A stretch of DNA of 64,000 nucleotides. Source: Schizochytrium sp. TIO01. Taxonomy: Eukaryota > Protista > Bigyra: Labyrinthulomycetes. The position numbers were made by a program, and so were the translations under genes. The notes beneath the pieces are model-generated. The model did no database searches and was not told the origin of the DNA. It saw nothing but the letters and a program-made list of their open reading frames with translations. This document shows positions 1-10,392 of this stretch, piece by piece. The first letter of the stretch is position 1; the number at the start of each line of letters is the position of its first letter. The stretch is taken from contig SMSO01000004.1 of the NCBI GenBank assembly GCA_004764695.1, forward strand, positions 2,170,001-2,234,000, given 5' to 3'.

Positions 1-1967
1 GCTTATACTCTGTCTTCACTTGTATCAACAGAGTTGTCACTGTTGACCACAAAAATCCATCAGTGTTTGCTTCTTTGCATATTTCTCCTGCTGCTGAACA
101 TGCTGATACCTCTGTTGTTGTTTTACTGCATCTCGTGACTACTTGTCTGTCTGCCTACTTGCTCGCTTTCTTTGCGGAAGCACCAAATTTGCTCGTCGCT
201 GTGAATACTGAATGGCCACAATTTATAAAAAGAAAAAAGAAAAAGAGAAGTACTTTGAAGAAAATGCACTGGGCTTTCCCTCACACGTGAATGAAAAGGA
301 TGAATGTTCTCTGAACAACGCTCTAGCTACAGAAGACAATATTGAAATAATTCTTCCACCCGTGTACCCCGCACTACACCAATAAGATGTTCTACCTACT
401 TGTGAGGTTTGCTTGCTAGGCCTTGCACTTCCTAAACCAACCAGTAGAATTGAAATAAAACCCACGATGTCAGTTTGTTTTCCTTTGTTTACTGCTTTGC
501 AAGTATCTTCATCACTTCCGCCTGAGCCCCTTCGTTTAGGTTATTGTCTACCCCTAGAACTTCAGTTGAGCTGTTTTTGTATTATCTAAATCAGAAAGGC
601 CATTTCCCTTTTCAAACGCTAATGATATGACCTCTGGCATTAAAAAAATAATATATGTGGAACCCGTCTCGTCCACCACCCACGAGTACCATCATATGTG
701 CGAGGGCATAGAAGTTTCACCCTGTAGAATCGACTCTAACAGACACGTGACTAAAAAATCTTGCCCTACAAAATTAGAGATTACGACTGAATCTCTTGAA
801 ACTTCAGTCTAAGTGAAAGGGACTCATGATTATTGTGCAAAGTTGATTTCATGTTTTCGTCAATGGCTTTGCATGTATGGCTTGTCAGCAATTTAATTAA
901 ATATGACTAAAGAAATTCATAATGTTGATTCGCGAAAAACGTACTCTCTCAACCTGTTTTAACATAGTAATTGATGATTGCAGGATAGAATACATCATGT
1001 CTTACGTATAGTTTTGTTCTCAACTCTGCCATGAATCAATCCAAGTCGTGTTTTCTATTTTAAATTATTTTCTCAGGAAGATACCTAGCTAGGTGCCTAG
1101 GCACTATTTTTGTCTTCCTCATTTTATGAACGGCGCTAGATACCAGGTACCTAGTGCCAGCTGACCATTGTTGTTGGTAGGTACTTGCAGTGGTAGGGAC
1201 TATCTCTGTTCCCAATCCAGATCTGATATTGTGTTCCTTTACAGGGCCACGTGCTTGTAATGTCTTCCATCATGATAGGACTTTTCCATGTGTCGCAGTC
1301 TCCAGCATGCCTACTTTCGAACCAATACTAAGATTATCGCATGCTCGCCTTTCTCACCCTACCAAATCGGTGGTTGCTGCCATTTGGCCGAAGCAGAAGA
1401 GCCTCAGTGCTGACGTGGCTAGTCAGTTCGCCAGAATGGCCATGAACCACGCACGATGATTTGCACCGTCATTCATCCGCTTTGTGCCAAGAGGTCACGT
1501 TCGTTAGTTCCGGCTCGCCAAGCTTGCGTTCACGTGGGCCACCCCTGAATTGCATATTTTGCACAGATCGAACACCTTTCCCATTCTCGCTTAAGTCCCA
1601 AGCCAAAGCTTCTCTAACTATCACAGACGGATGATTCTGGTAAAGGCCAGATTTCATATCACCACGAATTGCGAGAGCGTTACCTCACCTTGGAACGAAT
1701 TAATTCGACGAACTTTTGCTCAACCAGTCCAGGACCCTCGTGGTGTTATTAACGCACAAATGTTCTGCATCGGGCCACGAACTGCTAGCGGACCAGGACC
1801 ACCCATGCATACATGATCGTGCCTCACGATCACTATCGTTATCGCCACAGGTACGACCATCATCACCATCGAATGCGTGAACTTTTAGAAGTCACGATGA
1901 CAACTTTTAACTTATACAAAGTACCTACTATAGTAGATCCATATATATGGTGTCATACTACAAATGA

Positions 1968-2706
1968 GTGAGCGAGTGAGTGAGCGCTCTCGACACCGCG
2001 TCCCTTAACACGCATCCACGGGCGACTGAAGAAACCTGAGGCAGGGCTTCCAGAGGCCTGCTCCAAGGCCAAGACTCGTCTGGGTTCTCCAGGGGGCTGT
2101 GCCGGTGGCGCCTGTCCTGAGAAACGCACTCTGAAGTGGCCGGAGTGCCTCGGATAACACGCGTTTCGTGGCGGCTAGACGGGTATCGCGGCGTAGCAGT
2201 TAATATAGGCACCCCCTCGCTAAAGTTTCCAAGTTTTGCAAAAGGAAGTAACTAACAGAAAGGAAAGAGTGAGGTGAGTCAACGACATTTGCAAGTTTAC
2301 CGACTGGAACCACTTGTCAAGCAAGCACGCATGCAGAGGAGCTAGCTAGCGAGCAGGCGGGGTTGCCAGCGAGTGAGCGAGCGAGCCAGACAGTCACGCA
2401 CAGAAGCTTGGCGAGCTTTGGAGCCCATAGCCACGCTTTTGGGGAAACACAAGAGCGTAGTTCTGCTGCCCACAGTAGAGTATACACACGTACAGTAGAG
2501 TATACACCTTCAAAGTGCAGTATAGACTGATTGATAAGTGAACTATTGCGCTATATTCTATAGTACTCGCCCATTCCCCACCGTGGCGTGCACCCCAGAC
2601 TGCACAGTAGAGTAAACGAATAGTGTAGTGTGAAGTTTCGTATACTGCACTTGTGCTGCGTAGTGCAAGTGGGGTATAAGTTATACTCTACAGTAACGTT
2701 CCACAG
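1968..2706 (+). other. Candidate intron upstream of the kinase open frame (donor uncertain)
   Basis: Acceptor-like TTCCACAG ends at 2706, just inside the start of the long open frame. ATG-A|GTGAGC at 1964-1973 (or the GTGAGC at 1980) would join in frame (ATG A|GC CGT). An alternative donor GTGAGT at 2274 gives an in-frame TGA just before the junction, so it would be non-coding. Confidence 0.3.
2472..2507 (+). repeat. 16-bp direct repeat ACAGTAGAGTATACAC x2
   Basis: Exact copies at 2472-2487 and 2492-2507, with a partial third copy at 2604-2614. Confidence 0.85.
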
Positions 2707-3302
2707 GCCGTCTCGCTCGAGATCCATCTGGAGGCCTTCTCGCAGACCTCCAAAGCGCTCCGCTGCGAGGTTCGCTCGGTGCACGGACTTCTTTTGCGAT
2801 CCAACGCGGCCCGCAAATCATCCCAGAGCGCAGCGCCAACTCTGCACACGCACGCCAAGAGACCCTGGACGCCGCGACGCCGCGCGAGGCGCCAAGAGGC
2901 CTCCGCGGAATCCAGCGCAGCGGACCTTCGACGTCGCAGACCCCGCCCAAGCGCGAGTTCCGCGCTCCCGGAAGCAACGTGAGCAGCGAGACGACGCGTG
3001 CAGGGGCCTCTGGGAGGTTCGGATCGAGACGCCAAGGCTCTGTTGTGGATCCCACCTCGAGGCTGGTGAAATTGGCGTCGGGCGGTGAGCGGGAGGATCT
3101 AGAGAAGGAGCTGGACGAGGCGAACTACATCGAGGAATACGACGAAAGAGATTTCGAGAGGGACTTTGAAAGCAGCGAAGAAAAACCTAAAAGGACCTGG
3201 AAAGGACCTTTCAAGGTTGGCTGTGAAAGAAGTGAGAGACTTACGAGGGTACAGTGGCGCGTGCGTGAGAATCTTGCAAAGGTTTTCAGACGGCGTGGCA
3301 AA

Positions 3303-3308
3303 CAGCAT

Positions 3309-3355
<47 letters not shown>

Positions 3356-3357
3356 TC
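3303..3357 (+). repeat. (CAT)n(CAG)n compound trinucleotide repeat (poly-H/poly-Q in the kinase frame)
   Basis: Directly visible. Confidence 0.9.
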
Positions 3358-3461
3358 AAAAACTAGTACACGAGGAGCAACAACAAGAAGAAGAGGAAGG
3401 AGTTTGGCACGAGGACGAAGAGGATCTTGAAGAGGTTGAAGAACTTACGAGAGACTCGAAA

Positions 3462-5300
3462 ATGGTCTCGGATAACCAAATGAAGGCCGCAGCAGGGTTT
3501 GCTGGTGCTTGTGCGGTAGCGTTTTTGCTGTATAGGAGGTTCGAAGACAACAAGATCAAGCGCCATGTTGGATCGAGATCTTCTTCCGCAAAGTCTAGCT
3601 CTGCGTCTGAAGCACCGAGTGCTGGTAAGGTGGCGGCTCTGGATGCAGTCGGAGGCCATGGTAGCAAGAAAGACAAGGGCCCGCCCATCTTAGTACAGGA
3701 TGGCATCATTCTCAAACCATTCCAACCCGCACAGCCTGGCAAGGGTAAGAGCCGTGGTGAGATGGAGGCTGACTTTTACAAGGAGGTCACCGAAAAGAAT
3801 GAGGCTATCAAGCCATTTATTCCAAAGTACCATGGCCTCGCTCGCCTTGATGACGCCATTTACCTCAAGATGGAGAACCTGACATACGGCCTCGAAGAGC
3901 CCTGCATTCTCGATCTGAAAATGGGCCAGCAAACTTACGATGAGACCGCATCCCCAGAGAAGATGGCCCGTGAGAAGAAAAAGTACCCACCCCAGGAAAC
4001 GATTGGATTTCGCATTGTTGGCATGAAGGTATATCGCCGTAGTACAGGCGATGTGTACAAGTCCAGCCGTGATTGGGCCATGAGTATCACTGAGGACAGC
4101 ATGCCGAACGCCATTGAACAATTCTTCTTTGATGGCCGTATGCTACGCCATGGTCTGATGGAACAGGTGGTTGGCCAGCTTGACCTTATTGAGGAGATGC
4201 TGCGCAAGCACCCCAAATGGCGAATGTATGGTAGTTCCCTTCTAGTTGTTTACGATGGTAAGGCTGAGAAGCCGAAGGTACATGTTCGCATGATTGACTT
4301 TGCTCACGTTTTCCCTATCAAAGATGGTGGGGTTGACTCGGGATATCTGCACGGTCTTAAGTTCCTGCGTACCTGTCTGACAGCAAGTCTAAGCCGTGCC
4401 GCTCCTCGTTGCGGACCGGCCCAGGTCGGCGGTGCCCATGGCAACATCTCCTCCCAGGGGGGCGAGATTGTCAAGCGAGAGGACAAGAAGGAGCAGTTTG
4501 ATGTGGAAGTTGCTTTCTACCGCAAAGCCTGGGATCCCAAGTCCCCTGATACTCTATCGAAAATCATGCCCAAGTTGATTCGTGTAAACGAGGATGTCTC
4601 CCCGCGTGAATTGGTAATTTCTGACGCCACGGAACTTGTTCGCAAAACTTCATTAGACCCTCTGGCCAATGAGGCTGTCTCGATTATGGACATAAAGCTA
4701 GGCTACCGCTCTTTCCGTGCTGATTGTCCAAACGATCCCAAAACAGAGTATTACACAAAGTATGCCACCTTTGAGCAGGAATTGAGTGCAGGACGCGCCG
4801 AAGCCATCTGGAAGACTCTTATTGGTAACAAGTACGGACCACGCTCACTTTACGAGGGCAAACTTGGTAAGCGTGATTACTTGACCTTCCGTGATGCAAC
4901 AACTACCTCAATGGAGCTTGGCTTTCGTCTTACCGCGTTGGTTCACGGCGACTATCGCGTATCTCAGAATGAGTCGCGTAGCATTGAGACGCGCATTCAA
5001 TTCCTTGAGCGTCTCGAGCACTACCTGTACAACGAAGAAGGTTTTGATCTAAAGGTTGCAAAACAGTTTGTTAAGGAGCTTGGCAAAGTTCGAGATGCAA
5101 TTAATGGATCCCGCATGTTTCCCGAATACGAGCTTGTCGGCACATCTCTTCTTTTCCTTCACGCCAATGGCAAGGCTGCAATTCGTTTCATTGACTTTGC
5201 CAATTCGGAGCCTTCGTCTGTGGCTGACCAAAATGGCATTCTTACGGGTGTGCAACTGCTTACGATGGCAATTGAGGAGCTTTTGCAAAAGTATTCTTAA
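3462..5300 (+). CDS. Tandem two-domain inositol polyphosphate kinase (IPMK-like + IP3 3-kinase-like) with N-terminal hydrophobic anchor; may extend 5' to about 2707
   Basis: Domain 1 has VGGH, EADFY, PCILDLKMG (PxxxDxKxG), GFRIVGM, YGSSLL and MIDFAH. Domain 2 has QVGGAH, EVAFY, SIMDIKLG, LGFRL, VGTSLLF and FIDFAN. The first ATG of the frame is at 3462; the track start at 2979 is GTG. The frame is open from 2697. Confidence 0.93.
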   Translation: MVSDNQMKAAAGFAGACAVAFLLYRRFEDNKIKRHVGSRSSSAKSSSASEAPSAGKVAALDAVGGHGSKKDKGPPILVQDGIILKPFQPAQPGKGKSRGEMEADFYKEVTEKNEAIKPFIPKYHGLARLDDAIYLKMENLTYGLEEPCILDLKMGQQTYDETASPEKMAREKKKYPPQETIGFRIVGMKVYRRSTGDVYKSSRDWAMSITEDSMPNAIEQFFFDGRMLRHGLMEQVVGQLDLIEEMLRKHPKWRMYGSSLLVVYDGKAEKPKVHVRMIDFAHVFPIKDGGVDSGYLHGLKFLRTCLTASLSRAAPRCGPAQVGGAHGNISSQGGEIVKREDKKEQFDVEVAFYRKAWDPKSPDTLSKIMPKLIRVNEDVSPRELVISDATELVRKTSLDPLANEAVSIMDIKLGYRSFRADCPNDPKTEYYTKYATFEQELSAGRAEAIWKTLIGNKYGPRSLYEGKLGKRDYLTFRDATTTSMELGFRLTALVHGDYRVSQNESRSIETRIQFLERLEHYLYNEEGFDLKVAKQFVKELGKVRDAINGSRMFPEYELVGTSLLFLHANGKAAIRFIDFANSEPSSVADQNGILTGVQLLTMAIEELLQKYS

Positions 5301-8300
5301 GTCCCTCTTGTTCAGTTGCCTCACTAGTGTTGGCATGCATCATCTCGCATCCTACCCTGGGTTCATTTGATAACTTTTTTACAAATTCGCACCTGTTTCC
5401 CAAATCGAATAGTATCATGTGCAGACGAGGATCAGCCTGGAAAAATTGTTTCGGTAGGAACTACTTAGCTGCTTGTCTTTCAGTTTTACTTTTGAGTGTT
5501 CTGCTTGCATGCTCTTCTACAGCAGGAACTATGTGCCTTGGTGCATTCATCTTCACAAAAAACACAAAAGTCCAAACTATCTTCAAGTTACATTTAATCA
5601 ACATTCTCCATAATAGTAAGAGACTGCGATTTCTCAGAATTTAATTCTTAAAGAACTCATTTCTGTCAACTATGCGTTAACTTCGTGTCTGTAAATGGGA
5701 TCGAATGCATTTTTTACAATGGATAGGATTTTGTCATACCTATCGATTGATCAAAACCTTTCCTACATTGTAGATTATTACTCAATATGGTTCAAACGTT
5801 TGGAAATCCTTTTGTTTGTATGTAATTCCCTACTATTGAAATGTTCTTTTCTCTCATTACACAAAGTGCCATATAACTGGCAAGCGACATATTTTATTTA
5901 TGTTTGTATGAGTCGGGCTGCTTTGTCAGCAGTCTCATACATTCGAAAGCTCAAATACGATGCATCAGTATATAGGAGATTTTAAAAAGAATGTGGTAGT
6001 CCTTGTTTTAATACAACTTCAGTATCATTTTCGATTTGGGTGAAAAGGGAAGGAGCCATCTCGATCAATTGCAGCATCTGATTTCAAGCATGGGAATTTT
6101 GTTTCGTAAAGCTTATGACTGCTTTGTGAGATACTTGTTATGTTTGTGCCATGCACTAAAAATTTCTAATGATTGTGAAGTACGTAGATAGTTATGGTTT
6201 TGCAGTGTATTGAGTGCTATGACTGCATGCATAGTGTTCAATAAACTTGTGTAGTTGTTGAAAATTGATTCTAGGCTGATTATGGAATTAAAGGCTCAAA
6301 GAAGCTTTAGGAGGGTTTGATTAAGTTGTGCTTTAAGAGTTAGCAATCTACTGGTTATGGAGATTGATACGAGGACAAACAAGGCTAGGAGATTTGACCT
6401 GTAGTTAACACAATGGAAGGGGTCTTTTCAAGCATTACTTCAGAGTATATTACGCCTAATGCTATTAAACATGGGTCAGATTTTGTTTCTGTTATGTTCC
6501 CAACCACGTATCTGGTTGTTTAGTTCTGATCCTCTTCAAATTTTAAATCTTTGAGGATTTTACAGTGGCATGCGAAGAACACTAGCAATGTCTTCTCCAG
6601 TGTAACCTTCGATCGGAAATTTCAGCATCAGTGGAGAGAACGTTATCCTAGATACGCCGCAACAGTTTGATCATGTCTGCTATGCCAGAAAGTCCCCTTG
6701 AGCAGTTGGAAACATGAACGTATCATAGAATCTGGAGCTGTACCGTTGTAATTTTGAAACCAGTCGCACAAATTTAGCATTTTCCTCTAAAACAAGAACC
6801 CCGCTGAGACCTTCAATTGAAGGAACTAGTGAACAAGATATTTGCTAGAGTCCTAAGCATCCCTTTGGAAAAAACTCATGAATCTAGAGCTTGCAATGGA
6901 GTAGACCTAGACAGCTAGACCTGTGTGGTCGCGAAGTCAACATAAGTAAGAATTGACACTTGTTCAATAGCTTCAAGTGCAGTGTACTCTAAAGTAATGT
7001 TTGGAAAGGTAGGTGAAGCTGATCCGTCAATTCTGCCTAACACAGCTCAAGAATGTCTAGTAAGTCTCCTAATTTGCGCACGAATCGGTCTGCCTTGGAG
7101 TTGAATTACAAGGACAGCAGTTCGCTAACTCTTAAAACCAACCTCCCTAAAGCTTTCATTTTCATGGGCAACCTCTAGCTACCCAGGTTCATCTTTCAGC
7201 AGATTCGGGATTAAAAGATACAAATACAATACTTTGGCATTCCGTTGTGAGATATTATGGAGAACATATCCGATACTCGTTGTATATACAAACATATATA
7301 TAATTTGTTTTGACTCTCATAAAATGTTGCATCGAATTTTGATATACAATTGATGAAGAAACCAATCACTCGTAAAACATCTTGCACTACATACTGGTTC
7401 AGATTCATCATTGAAAAGAAAAGTCTATGTTTCATCAGGTTCTTTGTCAAATCTCGATACCCCTGTCATGAATGCATAGTAGAAAGAATCCTGACTTAGA
7501 TGAAACTAGATGCCTATTCGGCAAACCTCAATCCTTGTCTCTTATGTGTAGACATGTTGCATGTTACTTGAAAGGGTGAAGGACCGAACTATTTTTGTCC
7601 AAAATGTCCGCCTTTAAGTTCTAGAGATTGGTTTTATTCCAAAACCCTACGTTGTGAAGGAGTTCTCGGCAGAAGTATCATGTGCATCCCGGAGTCACCC
7701 TTGAAACCACAGAAGAAAGAGACCGATGTGATTTATGACTCCTTTCAATAGAGTAGGTCGAAAGGCTCCATTATCTCGAGTGTCACTTGAACATGATGAA
7801 ACGCAAACTTGATGTCCAACTTGCCTTCGTGTCAATAATGATGTATTTCTGAGTCTGTACAACATAAGAGTTTCGTGATGAGTTCGTAACAAAGAACTTT
7901 GAGTATTGCATGTCTACTTCTGTGTGAAACGCATTGCATTTCACAGAAAGGAAGGCATTTCCCTACAGGTCGCTAGACCCCCCTGCACACCTTTTCTTTT
8001 ACAGAACATCAGGTAATTCGGGACTGTCTGGGACGAATAAGAACCCAACGCAGCAATCGTTCGCATCAAAACATTTCAGCCCCTCGTTGCCGTAATGCTG
8101 AGATTCGCAATCGCACGGGGCTAACGCACAAGCTCTATTGGTTTATAGAATTCGTAGTAAAAGGCAGACACTTTATTCTCCCAAGATGGCAAGGACCATG
8201 CTGATTGCAAAACTCTCAATAAAGGTCTCGGCACACCAGTACGAGTAAGAAGCCGTCGAGTATTGGAGCGCTGAATGGGTTGCCAAACAGGACGGTGAGG

Positions 8301-10348
8301 TCTTCCTTGCTGGTTCGAGTCGGTCGTGCATCCTGAGCTTGCTCAGTCTTGCTAGAAATAAATGACCGACCATTGTCACAATTCAATTTCATAATCAGTC
8401 AGTCAATCAATCAATTCTTTTTTGAAAACATGAAAACAGAAAAGCACTAGGAGGTGTGAAAAAGGACCTCCATTTCCTACAAAAGTCAGCACAAAGAGCT
8501 GTCTGACTCAAGCTGACTTGCGCTGACTAGCTAGGTTTGCCGCCTAAAGAGAAAATTAAACGCTGGAGAAAATCGCGGTTTCAAACCTTTGGTGGTGCTC
8601 CTTTAAACATAGAAAAGAGGAAAAGAGTTTTATATGAAAATAGAAAGAAATTAGAAGAAAGATAAATAAAGTTTCAATATCAAATTAAGAAAGAAGAATA
8701 TGAAATCAAAAGTAGTCTGGGATCTGTAGTATATTTTCAGAGGAGATGGTTGAAGGTCATTAAGGTATGCAGCTTTGGGGCGGGTTCCTGCTAGAAGAGT
8801 CAAACACTGAGTGTTATTTTTATGTTATTTTATTCTACTCATTTCCTATACAACATCGACAACCATGGCTTGAACTTGAAAATAACGATTTAATCTTTGT
8901 TTTCTAATCAAAATAAAAATTGTTCTCTACAAAATTTAATTAGAAAGTAATCTGTTTCTACGCATGCCATGGAAGGAATAAATCGCGGAAAAACTAATTG
9001 GCAACTTTTGGGGATAGAAATGGAAAACAATTCAAGCAGGGGACAATATTTTTTTTTCATTGCATAAACCAGCACGTTTTGTAACCAGGCCTGTCAATGA
9101 AGGAAGAAGAAATAAATCCTTCTTTACTGTTATATTTTGTTCTAAAACCAACTAATTGAAAAGAAAACTTCTTGACCTTGAAAAGACTGCGTTATATTGA
9201 TTTTTGTAGAGGTTTCACATCAAGAAACGAGAATAAAAGCTTCAACGACAACGTATAATTCGAGTCTACTCTATAAATTATCATCTTCCTACCTGTCTTC
9301 TACGCTGCCAAAGTACCTGAGTTCTCAGAACTAGACAAAGCAACCCAGAACGAGGATGGAAAAGACCAGCTCTTATCGTCTATTTCATGATGGCGATTAC
9401 CAAATGATGACAAATTTCCTAAAAGGGATCGACGCGGCGTGGGAAACAGAATACCATCAGAAGTTAGTTGGCAAGGGTTTGCGACTTGACTATTGTTAGT
9501 GGAAGAACGCAAATGCTGCCTGCTTCTGTAGGCCATCGTCGGTGTACACAAACTCAGAACCAGCATTGAAGAGTAATAGAAAGCTTCCCTAAGGCATCTC
9601 GTCCAGTGAAAAGTCGAGGGTCTTTCCTGGTTTAGCCCGCATCTCTCGAGTGTGGTCTGAGGATTTGGTAGATTATATAGTTTGCGATGGCGCTGTTAGA
9701 TTCAATCAAGAAAACTAAGGTATGCTTATCTAAAGATCTTGATCCAGGGTTAGGTAGTTTTTGTATATTTTGTTTTATAGAATGTAATTCATTGTAGCTT
9801 CCGCAAAGCAGCATACTTCGTCAAGCAAATAAATGAAGAACTCAGGTATATTTCTTCTGAAGATCCACGCAACTGGGCACTTGGTTTCATTTGGCCCATG
9901 CAGATCATCCAAGTTTAGACTGGAGATTGAAAGCAACGATTAAGAGCCGCGGCAAATGGGCCTTGACAAAGGGCAACCATCCATTGCAGCGTGTCGTGGC
10001 GTAGCCAAATAAATGAGAATTGATAATTCTTGGCCTGTTGAAAGTGCTTCTTCTCGGGTGCAGCGAAATCGAAGAAAATAGTAGGTCATTATGTACTGTT
10101 ACTGGAGTAAAGTAGCATTTTGTTTTGCTTTGATTTCTTGAAAACCTCTAAAGCCAGACCAGGCGTATGTTTGACTAATGCCCTCTTTCCACATATTCTT
10201 ATTATTTTTGGCACTCCTAATTCTTCATAACTGCGTATGTTTGCAAATGCATCATTTCTTCTAATACACGGAAAATATCACATCACACTGCAGCATAAAA
10301 AACTTTCTTTGTTGAAAGAAACAAATAAAACAAAAAACAAAAAAACCA

Positions 10349-10392
10349 GTAGGTAGATAGGTAGGTAGGTAGGTAAGTAGGTAGGTAGGTAG
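10349..10392 (+). repeat. Imperfect (TAGG)n microsatellite
   Basis: Directly visible. Confidence 0.85.

Noticed and set aside
8312-8321. GGTTCGAGTC tRNA T-loop/B-box-like sequence
   Set aside because: No T-stem pairing or cloverleaf around it.
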